From: Mycobacterium tuberculosis H37Rv
Lineage (GTDB): Bacteria > Actinomycetota > Actinomycetes > Mycobacteriales > Mycobacteriaceae
Direction: 5' to 3'
NCBI RefSeq assembly: GCF_000195955.2
Contig: NC_000962.3
Coordinates: 1,350,001-1,382,000 of the forward strand
DNA length: 32,000 bases
Shown: positions 20,296-30,683 of the stretch, in pieces
Layout of the letters: every line of letters begins with the position of its first letter
Position numbering within the stretch: the first letter of the stretch is position 1
Position numbers and translations under genes: made by a program
Notes under the pieces: generated by a model
Databases searched by the model: none
What the model was told of the DNA's origin: nothing
What the model saw: the letters and a program-made list of their open reading frames with translations, nothing else

Positions 20296-20825
20296 GTCGC
20301 GTCCTCGCCGCGCAGCGCGGCGATGTCGGTCAGCTGCGCCACCACCCGATCGGCGACGTCGGTGTCCAACGCCTCGATGTGCACCGCGCCCGCCGAGGAC
20401 GCCGTGGTTACGGTGACGTTGGCCAGCCCGAACAGCCGGTCCATCGGGCCGCGGTAGGTGTCGACGGTCTGCACCCGGGAAATCGGTGTGATGCGGCGCT
20501 CCTGCACGAGCCAACCGGTGCGGGTGAATACGGCCTGCGGGCTGATCTCCCAACGGTGTACCCGGTAACGCCAGAGCGGGACCACCCCGATGTGCACCAC
20601 CATCGCCACCGCGGTGAGAGCGGCCGCGGCCAGGTGCGGCCAGGGCGGCTGGGGATGCACCGCCCACCACACCAGCTGCGCGATCACCGGGAGTATCCAG
20701 CCCAGCGACGCGGACAGCGCCCACATCACCGGCGCCTGGCTGCTCGGTCGATGGGCCGGCTCGGCGAGCGCGAGGTGATTTCTCTGCGGTCCGGTTGCGC
20801 TTGGCACATTTCGAGCATGGTCCAA
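20292..20825 (-). CDS. YdbS-like membrane protein with a single bPH2 domain, Rv1227c
   Basis: 177 aa from TTG 20825. A TM hairpin is followed by a module ending TVTTASSAGAVHIEALDTDVADRV. Confidence 0.78.
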   Translation of the reverse strand: MDHARNVPSATGPQRNHLALAEPAHRPSSQAPVMWALSASLGWILPVIAQLVWWAVHPQPPWPHLAAAALTAVAMVVHIGVVPLWRYRVHRWEISPQAVFTRTGWLVQERRITPISRVQTVDTYRGPMDRLFGLANVTVTTASSAGAVHIEALDTDVADRVVAQLTDIAALRGEDAT

Positions 20826-20919
20826 CGGAAACCGAACACAGTGATCGGGGGTCGTGGTTATCGTTTGAGCTAGCGCTCAACAAGATGCGTGCCAACTCAC
20901 CCTGCCCCGGGGAGGCGCG

Positions 20920-21477
20920 ATGAGTCGACAGTGGCACTGGCTGGCAGCGACGCTGCTCCTGATCACCACCGCCGCGTGCAGTCGTCCGGGCACCGAGGAA
21001 CCGGATTGCCCGACGAAAATAACCTTGCCGCCCGGTGCTACGCCCACCACGACCCTCGACCCGAGATGCATAGTGCGCGCGACCACCACCGGCACAGCCG
21101 ACGGCGATGCGGCGTCGCGCTGGACCGGAACCGTGCGGATCGCCGGGTTCTATGCCTCGATCTGCAACGCGGTATGGGACGGGAACGTCAGCCTTGCGGG
21201 AAAGGACGAGCTGACCGGCAAGGCTACGCTTATCCTCGTCGAAACCAGTTGCCCGGGCAAGGTTGTCGCCGGCGAACTCGTGCTGAAGGGGAACGTCGGT
21301 TCGGACAGCCTCGCGATCACCTGGGCGCACCCCGAACTCCCGCAGCGGGCGTTCGACCTCGGCGCCGGACAGGGCACGATCCGCCGATCGGGCGACCGTG
21401 CCGAGGGAACGTTCAACTCGGATATGGGTGGGGGCACCGAGTTCTTCTTGACGTGGTCGCTGACGATGCGTAACTGA
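20920..21477 (+). CDS. lpqX: Lipoprotein LpqX
   Basis: SD GGGGAGG lies upstream of ATG 20920. Signal peptide with a lipobox-like LLLITTAAC. Confidence 0.85.
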   Translation: MSRQWHWLAATLLLITTAACSRPGTEEPDCPTKITLPPGATPTTTLDPRCIVRATTTGTADGDAASRWTGTVRIAGFYASICNAVWDGNVSLAGKDELTGKATLILVETSCPGKVVAGELVLKGNVGSDSLAITWAHPELPQRAFDLGAGQGTIRRSGDRAEGTFNSDMGGGTEFFLTWSLTMRN

Positions 21478-21543
21478 CGATCACAACGTGCCCACCAAAA
21501 ACAGAGTAGACAACAGTCGACAATTCCCTTGTACTCCGGCGCT

Positions 21544-21702
21544 ATGAAGTCGATCTCCGTCGGTGAGCTGCGCCAGAATCCCGCTCCCATGATCGCCGAC
21601 CTCGAACGGGGTGAGCCATACGCGCTGACCCGCCACAACCACCGGATCGGAACGATCATTCCTGCCGTCTCGTCGGCAACACTCATTCCCCGGAAAGCCT
21701 AG
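21544..21702 (+). CDS. Unannotated small ORF (52 aa) resembling the N-terminal domain of Phd/YefM-type antitoxins
   Basis: Translation is MKSISVGELRQNPAPMIADLERGEPYALTRHNHRIGTIIPAVSSATLIPRKA. It follows the Phd/YefM pattern (I-x-V-x-ELR-x-N...GE...LTR-x-x-x-x-x-G-x-I-x-P). GC3 is about 75%, consistent with coding. It falls below the 60-aa cutoff of the ORF track. No clear SD. Confidence 0.5.
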   Translation: MKSISVGELRQNPAPMIADLERGEPYALTRHNHRIGTIIPAVSSATLIPRKA

Positions 21703-21708
21703 TACGCC

Positions 21709-21764
21709 GAGCAGACGCAACGGCACCCAATTTCGACCAGAATCGGGTTCTTTTGCGTCTGCTC
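21709..21764. terminator. Terminator-like hairpin family, copy 3 (degenerate interior)
   Basis: Outer arms GAGCAGACGCAA (21709-21720) and TTGCGTCTGCTC (21753-21764) are perfectly complementary. The interior (ACCCAATT...AATCGGGT) is only partly palindromic. It sits between the small ORF/lpqX (+) and the mrp stop (-). Confidence 0.5.
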
Positions 21765-21776
21765 ACGCGGTCAACG

Positions 21777-22949
21777 CTAGCGTCGTGTCGGGTCCAACCC
21801 CAGCGACATGCCCGCCAATCCGCGTCGTCGAGTCGACAAGCCGTCGGCGATGCTATGCAGTTCCTTGCCGATCGCCGAGTCCGGCGAGCTCAACACGAGC
21901 GGTACGCCCGAATCGCCGGCGGCCACCAGTGCGGGGTCCAGCGGGATCTGACCCAGCAGCGGCACGTCGGCGCCGACCGCACGCGACAACCGCTCGGCGA
22001 CCAGCCGGCCACCGCCCTCGCCGAACACCTGCATCGTGGTGCCGTCCGGCAGCGTGAGCCCCGACATGTTCTCCACGACGCCGACGATGCGTTGGCGGGT
22101 TTGCAGCGCGATGCTGCCGGCCCGTTCGGCCACCTCCGCGGCGGCCAGCTGCGGGGTGGTGACCACCAGGAGTTCGGCGTTGGGGATCAGTTGAGCCACC
22201 GAGATGGCGACGTCGCCGGTTCCGGGCGGCAAGTCCAGCAGCAGCACGTCCAGATCCCCCCAGTACACGTCGGCCAGAAACTGCTGCAACGCCCGGTGCA
22301 GCATCGGCCCGCGCCACACCACCGGGGTGTTGCCCTGGGTGAACTGGGCTATCGAGATGACCTTCACCTGGTGGGCGATCGGCGGCAGGATCATCGACTC
22401 AACCTGGGTAGGCCGGTCGGTGGTGCCCATCATCCGGGGGATAGAGTGGCCGTGGATATCAGCGTCCAGCACCCCGATCGACAGGCCGCGGACGGCCATC
22501 GCGGCGGCCAGGTTGACCGTGACGGTGGACTTTCCGACTCCGCCCTTACCGGAAGCCACGGCATACACCCGGGTCAAGGAATCGGGTTGCGCGAACGGGA
22601 TGACGGGTTCGCGGGTATCGCCACGCAACTGCTTACGCAGCTCGGTGCGCTGCTCGTCGCTCATCACGTCCAAGCTGACCCGCACCGCCGAAGTGCCTGG
22701 CACGTCGGCGACCGCCCGGGTGACACGCTCGGTGATTTCGGACTTCTTCGGGCAGCCGGCGATGGTCAGGTAGATCTCGACGTGCACGCTCCCATCCGGG
22801 CCGGTGTCGATGCTTTTGACCATCCCCAGTTCGGTGATGGGGCGCCGCAATTCGGGGTCGATTACCTTGCCCAGCGCGGTGCGTATCGCCGCGTTCAGGT
22901 CGCCATCACGAGTTCCGGACATCACCGCCGAGTGTAGGCGGCTTGGCAT
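21777..22949 (-). CDS. mrp: Mrp/ApbC-family Fe-S cluster carrier ATPase
   Basis: 390 aa with an N-terminal DUF59/MIP18-like domain and the deviant Walker A motif VASGKGGVGKST. Confidence 0.92.
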   Translation of the reverse strand: MPSRLHSAVMSGTRDGDLNAAIRTALGKVIDPELRRPITELGMVKSIDTGPDGSVHVEIYLTIAGCPKKSEITERVTRAVADVPGTSAVRVSLDVMSDEQRTELRKQLRGDTREPVIPFAQPDSLTRVYAVASGKGGVGKSTVTVNLAAAMAVRGLSIGVLDADIHGHSIPRMMGTTDRPTQVESMILPPIAHQVKVISIAQFTQGNTPVVWRGPMLHRALQQFLADVYWGDLDVLLLDLPPGTGDVAISVAQLIPNAELLVVTTPQLAAAEVAERAGSIALQTRQRIVGVVENMSGLTLPDGTTMQVFGEGGGRLVAERLSRAVGADVPLLGQIPLDPALVAAGDSGVPLVLSSPDSAIGKELHSIADGLSTRRRGLAGMSLGLDPTRR

Positions 22950-22961
22950 ACGGCCGAGTGG

Positions 22962-24197
22962 TCAGCCGGCAGGAGCCGGCGCCGGCGGCGCCAGGCCCGC
23001 GTCGCCAGGCGGGCCGGCCAATGGATCCGGAGGTGGGGGAGCGGCAGGTAGGAATGGAGGTGGGGGAGCGGTAGGCGGGAACGGCGGCGCGCCCACTGGC
23101 GGGCCATGTGAGCCAATGCAGATCAGCGTGCAGCCGGGCATCGGCGCCGATGGGTCAGGTGCCATCCACGGGAACATCGGCGGTGGATTGAGCGCCGCCT
23201 GGCGCGGGGTCAAGTCGATCAGCGGCAGGTGCGCCATGGGGCCATCGGCGGTCAGGCCGTTGACATTGATCGGCAAGCCGGGCCCGAGACCCTCCGGATT
23301 CTCGAGGTGCGCGTCGCCGAGTGGTGGTGGCGGACCGGTGATCGGGGGCAAGTCAACCGGGAACACACCGGTGGCGTAGCCGGCGGCCCAGCCCAGTACG
23401 TTCTGGGCGTAAGGCATCGAGTTGTTGTAGCGCAGGAGCGCGGCCATGACCTGCGCCGGGTCGCGCAGGTTGAGCCCACCGCTACACAGGTAGCGGGCTG
23501 CGGCCAACGTGGAGTCGAACAGGTTCTGCGGGTCAGCCACACCGTCGTCATCGCCGTCGGTGGCGTACCGAGCCCAAGTGCCGGGCAAGAACTGCATTGG
23601 CCCCATCGCGCGGGCGTACGTGACGCGATTGCCGACGCTGCTTTGGATGATGATCTCGTTGCCTGGCAGGGTGCCGTCCAGCGTTGGGCCGTAGATCGGC
23701 TGGATCGCGGTGCCGCGCGCGTCGGTGGCGCCGCCGTTTGCGTGCATCGACTCGATGCGCCCAATCCCGGCCAGCAAGTTCCAACTGACGCCACAGCCAG
23801 GGGCGGCAGCGGCCATCTTCAGCTCGGCGTTGCGGTAGGCGGACAGTGCCATGGCCGGAATGCCAAGCGCACCAGGCGAATTCACGATCATCGGTGGTGG
23901 TGGAGCCGATATGGTAGCTACCGCCACGCGGAAGCTGGTCGGCGGGCGCTTCATGGCGATGACGACCGGACCGGACAGGTCTATGCCGGACGCGGCGACC
24001 GCGGCCACCGGGGTGATAACGGCGTGCACCGGCGCGGTTCTCCCGGGGAATACCGGAGCCGCGCTGCCGACCGCACTGGCGAATACCAACGGGGCAATCG
24101 CTGCCACGCCGAATGCCGGCGCCCGCGTTAGGCGACAAGCTCCCCGCCGCACTGCAGCGACGGCCGGGCGTGCACCCCAGCGTCCCCCAATGTGCAC
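22962..24197 (-). CDS. Secreted or membrane lytic transglycosylase-domain protein with a Pro-rich C-terminal tail, Rv1230c
   Basis: 411 aa from GTG 24197 with SD GAGGA upstream. N-terminal signal/TM segment. MltB/SLT_2-like motifs (GIGRIESMH with the catalytic Glu, GPMQFLPGTW). C-terminal PPPFPPTAPPPPFLPAAPPPP tail. Confidence 0.82.
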   Translation of the reverse strand: MHIGGRWGARPAVAAVRRGACRLTRAPAFGVAAIAPLVFASAVGSAAPVFPGRTAPVHAVITPVAAVAASGIDLSGPVVIAMKRPPTSFRVAVATISAPPPPMIVNSPGALGIPAMALSAYRNAELKMAAAAPGCGVSWNLLAGIGRIESMHANGGATDARGTAIQPIYGPTLDGTLPGNEIIIQSSVGNRVTYARAMGPMQFLPGTWARYATDGDDDGVADPQNLFDSTLAAARYLCSGGLNLRDPAQVMAALLRYNNSMPYAQNVLGWAAGYATGVFPVDLPPITGPPPPLGDAHLENPEGLGPGLPINVNGLTADGPMAHLPLIDLTPRQAALNPPPMFPWMAPDPSAPMPGCTLICIGSHGPPVGAPPFPPTAPPPPFLPAAPPPPDPLAGPPGDAGLAPPAPAPAG

Positions 24198-24272
24198 TCG
24201 ACCGTCCTCAGTGTGTGAGCCGTCGGAAACCTATGTCTTCTTAGCTTCTTTCTTCGTTTCGTGAACTAGATC

Positions 24273-24278
24273 ACCATA
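24273..24278 (-). promoter_or_regulatory. Candidate -10 hexamer (TATGGT) for Rv1230c within the most AT-rich stretch of the window
   Basis: Minus-strand TATGGT matches TANNNT. It lies about 75 nt upstream of GTG 24197 in a 60-nt region of 37% GC. Confidence 0.25.
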
Positions 24279-24321
24279 CATAACTCTTGTCACGGGAGTG
24301 GCGCAATGGCCGACTCGGTAA

Positions 24322-24864
24322 TCACCCCGATTTCTTGGCGTGCTGCTCCGCCTCGTCGGCCACCCGCGGCTGCGCCACATCCGGATCCGTCGGCTGCAGC
24401 TCCGCCAACAGAGCGCGCAGGCTGTCCAGTTCGTGGCGCAGGTAGTCGCGCGTGGGGACCTCGCCGATGGCCAGCCGCAGCGCTGCCAGCTCGCGGGCGT
24501 TGTACTCGGTGTCGGCCTTGGTCTGTGCGGCCCGCCGACGATCCTCTTCGAACACCGCGCGGTCACGCTTTTCCTGACGGTTCTGGGCGAGCAGAATCAG
24601 CGGTGCGGCGTACGAGGCCTGCGTGGAGAAGGCCAGATTGAGCAGGATGAAGGGGTACGGATCCCAGCGCAAGCCGACCGCAAACAGGTTCAGCACGATC
24701 CATGTCAGTACGAGCAGCGTCTGCACCAGCAGGTAACGGCCGGTTCCGAAAAACCGTGCGATGGATTCGGTTGTCCTGCCGACGGCCTCGGGATCCAGCC
24801 GCGGGGCGAGCGTGCGCGATGTGCGTGGGGTGTACAGACGGCGCGGCGCGAAGGGTTTGCTCAC
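24322..24864 (-). CDS. DUF1003-family membrane protein, Rv1231c
   Basis: 180 aa with the family signature WDPYPFILLNLAFSTQASYAAPLILLAQNRQ, then a charged coiled-coil tail. The GTG start overlaps the Rv1232c stop (GTGA, 24861-24864). Confidence 0.85.
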   Translation of the reverse strand: MSKPFAPRRLYTPRTSRTLAPRLDPEAVGRTTESIARFFGTGRYLLVQTLLVLTWIVLNLFAVGLRWDPYPFILLNLAFSTQASYAAPLILLAQNRQEKRDRAVFEEDRRRAAQTKADTEYNARELAALRLAIGEVPTRDYLRHELDSLRALLAELQPTDPDVAQPRVADEAEQHAKKSG

Positions 24865-26168
24865 CGTGGTCCTCCGGGTCTGTCCGGTGCTCCGGAGGGG
24901 TCGAGCTCCGGCATATCTACACGCCAGTCATGCGGCAATAGATGGTCGAGCAGGTCGTCCACGGTCACCGCTCCCAGCAGGTGGTTCTCGTCGTCAACCA
25001 CCGGTCCGCACACCAGGTTGTAGGCGGCGAAGTAGCGAGTCACCGCGGCCAGCGGGGTCTCCGGAGTGAGCGTGAGCAGGTCAGTGTCCACAACTCCGCC
25101 GACCAGCTCGGCCGGCGGGTCACGAAGCAGCCGCTGCAAATGCACACAACCCAGGTAGTGCCCAGTGGGCGTGGCCGTGGGCGGGCGCGCGACGAACACC
25201 ATTGACGCCAGGGCGGGGGTGAGATCGGGATCGCGGACCCGCGCCAACGCCTCCGCAATCGAGGTGTCCGGGGTCAACACCACCGGATCGGAAGTCATCA
25301 ATCCGCCCGCCGTGTCGGGGGAGTGCGTCAGCAGCCTTCGCACCTGCCCGGAGTCGCCGGGATCCATTCGTGTCAGCAGCAACTCGGCTTCGGTCGGATT
25401 CAGGACCGCGAGCAGATCGGCGGCGTCGTCGGGATCCATCTCCTCCAGCACGTCGGCCGCGCGTTCGGTGCCCAGTTGCGACAACACCTCGGCCTGATCC
25501 AGTTCGGGCAGCTCCTGCAGGACGTCGGCCAAGCGCTTGTCGTGGAGCGCCTTGAACACCTCGTGGCGGCGCTTCGGCGGCAGCCCGCGGATGGCGTCGG
25601 CCACGTCGACCGCTTTCCATCCCTCGAACTGGTCGAGCAGCTGTGCCACGTCTTGACCCGGCATCGCCAAGGCCGACGGCGTCAACCCCGCCACGTTGTG
25701 CCAGTCCACGACGTGCACTGGGCAGCGCCGTCGGAGCCGACGTTGGGTGCGGACGGCGACCCTAGTCACCATCCAGTCGCGACTTCGGGTTTGCTCGACA
25801 CCCAGGTCGGTGACCACGACGTCGACGCCGGCCAGCTCGGGTAGTGCGGGATCGTTGACCTTCACCAGGGTGTCGAGCACTTGACCCAGCGCCAGAGCCT
25901 CGCCTGGCCGCTGCTCGAAGCGGTGCAGTGACACGTTGCCGGTGCTCAGTGTCACCGCGTGCGGCTCGATCGCGGCGACCCGCAGAATCGGTATGAATAT
26001 CTTGCGGCGGGTCGCCAAATCGACCACCAGCCCGAGCACTCGCGGTTGTTGGCGGACAATGCTGATGCTGATCACGACATCGCGAACGCGCCCGAAGGAT
26101 TCGCCGAGCGGTCCCAGCACCGACATCCGCGAGAGCCGCGCCAGGTACACCCTGTTGACCGATCCCAT
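24861..26168 (-). CDS. Cytosolic MgtE-N domain + CBS-pair protein lacking the MgtE membrane domain, Rv1232c
   Basis: 435 aa. The MgtE_N-like acidic helical repeat region runs AEVLSQLGTERAADVLEEMDPDDAADLLAVLNPTEAELLLTRMDP and is followed by a CBS pair. No TM segments. Confidence 0.82.
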   Translation of the reverse strand: MGSVNRVYLARLSRMSVLGPLGESFGRVRDVVISISIVRQQPRVLGLVVDLATRRKIFIPILRVAAIEPHAVTLSTGNVSLHRFEQRPGEALALGQVLDTLVKVNDPALPELAGVDVVVTDLGVEQTRSRDWMVTRVAVRTQRRLRRRCPVHVVDWHNVAGLTPSALAMPGQDVAQLLDQFEGWKAVDVADAIRGLPPKRRHEVFKALHDKRLADVLQELPELDQAEVLSQLGTERAADVLEEMDPDDAADLLAVLNPTEAELLLTRMDPGDSGQVRRLLTHSPDTAGGLMTSDPVVLTPDTSIAEALARVRDPDLTPALASMVFVARPPTATPTGHYLGCVHLQRLLRDPPAELVGGVVDTDLLTLTPETPLAAVTRYFAAYNLVCGPVVDDENHLLGAVTVDDLLDHLLPHDWRVDMPELDPSGAPDRPGGPR

Positions 26169-26229
26169 GATTGAGAGCCTAGGCAGCTGCCTTCCGGATC
26201 AACCGAGGGTGGGCCAATGTCGCCTAATG

Positions 26230-26826
26230 CTAAGGGATAGCGAAGATCCCCGCGATCATGTAGACCAGCAGGGTCGCGATGCCAATCACAATGCCGGCCA
26301 CCGCCAGGCCGTAGCCTTCTTCGCGTGTCTGCTTGATCTGGTTGATGGCGATCGCGCCGAACACGATGCCCACGATCGAGCCGATGCAGCAAAGCACACC
26401 GACGAGCGCCGAGATCAGTGAGACGAGCGCCATGGTGTTCATGCCGGGCTGCGATGGGCCGTAGCCGTCTAGGTAGCCCGGCTCCGGGTAGTAGCCGCCC
26501 GGAGATCCACCGTATGGCGGAGGCATGGGCGGGTATGGTATGTCGCCGTAGCCTGCTGAAGAAGTGCCGGGGGGTGGATATCCGGGCGGCGCATAGCCCC
26601 CGGGTGGCATCGGCGGTGGATAGCCGGTCGGATACCCGGGCTGGTAAGCAGGCGGGTAACCGGACGGCGGATACGCCGGGGGCGGGTGGTTGGCCATCGG
26701 CGAAGATGCCGGCGGCGCCCAAGGAGCGTCAGCAATGGGCTGTTCGGGGGGCCGCTCACCGACCGGAGGCGGTCCACCCGCGGCGTCGTGCGCACTCTCG
26801 CCAGAGGAGCCGCTGGGAGCCGTCAT
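26230..26826 (-). CDS. Pro/Tyr/Gly-rich DUF4190-type membrane protein, Rv1233c
   Basis: I recall 198 aa from ATG 26826, and the track ORF starts 3 codons upstream at TTG 26835. The N-terminus is low complexity (PPPAYPPSGYPPAYQPGYPTGYPPP...). The C-terminus has two TM helices (ALVSLISALVGVLCCIGSIVGIVFG...). Confidence 0.82.
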   Translation of the reverse strand: MTAPSGSSGESAHDAAGGPPPVGERPPEQPIADAPWAPPASSPMANHPPPAYPPSGYPPAYQPGYPTGYPPPMPPGGYAPPGYPPPGTSSAGYGDIPYPPMPPPYGGSPGGYYPEPGYLDGYGPSQPGMNTMALVSLISALVGVLCCIGSIVGIVFGAIAINQIKQTREEGYGLAVAGIVIGIATLLVYMIAGIFAIP

Positions 26827-26975
26827 GGTGATCAACCTATCCCGGCAACGATGCTCGCCGTTCGGTGGGCCTCGGTCGCTCGCGGGTTGAGTGGATAGTG
26901 TGCCGGGAGTAGCTGGACCTGACTGGACATGAAACGATGGCGCTGAAAAAGGGGGGCGGAGGAGAATGAGAACCG

Positions 26976-29850
<2,875 letters not shown>

Positions 29851-29854
29851 ACGG

Positions 29855-30679
29855 GTGGGCGCGCGGCGCGCCACGTATTGGGCCGTCCTGGACACTTTGG
29901 TCGTGGGGTACGCGTTGCTCCCGGTGCTGTGGATTTTCAGCCTGTCACTCAAGCCGACGTCAACGGTCAAGGACGGCAAGCTGATTCCGTCGACGGTGAC
30001 TTTCGACAACTATCGTGGCATCTTCCGGGGCGACTTGTTCAGCTCAGCGCTGATCAACTCCATCGGAATCGGCCTGATCACCACCGTGATCGCGGTGGTG
30101 CTCGGCGCGATGGCGGCCTACGCGGTTGCCCGGCTGGAATTTCCGGGCAAGCGGCTGCTAATCGGGGCTGCCTTGCTGATCACGATGTTCCCGTCGATCT
30201 CTTTGGTCACACCATTGTTCAACATCGAACGTGCCATCGGCCTGTTCGACACCTGGCCGGGGTTGATCTTGCCGTACATCACCTTCGCGTTGCCGCTCGC
30301 GATCTACACCCTGTCGGCGTTCTTCCGGGAGATCCCTTGGGATCTGGAAAAGGCGGCCAAGATGGACGGTGCAACGCCCGGTCAGGCTTTCCGGAAGGTG
30401 ATCGTACCGCTGGCGGCGCCGGGCTTGGTGACCGCTGCAATCCTGGTGTTCATTTTCGCCTGGAACGATCTGCTGCTCGCGTTGTCGCTGACCGCTACCA
30501 AGGCGGCGATTACCGCGCCGGTGGCCATCGCCAACTTCACCGGCAGTTCGCAATTCGAGGAGCCGACCGGCTCGATCGCGGCCGGCGCGATCGTGATTAC
30601 GATCCCGATCATCGTCTTTGTTTTAATCTTCCAACGACGGATTGTCGCCGGGTTGACCTCTGGCGCTGTGAAGGGATAG
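29855..30679 (+). CDS. sugB: ABC sugar importer permease (MalG-like)
   Basis: I recall 274 aa from GTG 29855. In-frame GTG 29840, which overlaps sugA, is an alternative start. EAA-loop region [23 protein letters not shown]. Confidence 0.9.
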
Positions 30680-30683
30680 CGCG

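Noticed and set aside
18832-21330. An 832-aa ORF that appears to be a single giant minus-strand gene.
   Set aside because: Only the C-terminal 487 codons (from ATG 20295) have membrane/bPH2-like character. The upstream part overlaps Rv1227c in another frame, runs through the lpqX promoter and coding region, and translates to Arg/Gly/Pro-rich nonsense.
21475-21546. The small Phd-like ORF is in the same reading frame as lpqX, separated by a single TGA and 22 sense codons. I considered stop-codon read-through or a fusion protein.
   Set aside because: A lipoprotein-antitoxin fusion makes no biological sense. The intervening codons have no coding signal that I can see, and a same-frame coincidence has 1-in-3 odds.
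22804-23379. A Gly-rich plus-strand ORF (GGGGAAGRNGGGGAVGGNGGAPTGG) that superficially resembles PGRS sequence.
   Set aside because: It is the reverse-complement shadow of the Pro-rich C-terminal tail of Rv1230c, because CCN Pro codons read as GGN Gly codons on the opposite strand. It is not an independent PGRS gene.
26181-26192. A perfect 12-bp palindrome (AGGCAGCTGCCT) between Rv1233c and Rv1232c. I also noticed several 5-8-bp GC hairpins in intergenic regions, such as 3119-3133, 5757-5773 and 5785-5800.
   Set aside because: Short GC-rich palindromes of this size are expected by chance at this base composition. None is followed by a U-tract or recurs elsewhere in the window, so I cannot argue for function from sequence alone.
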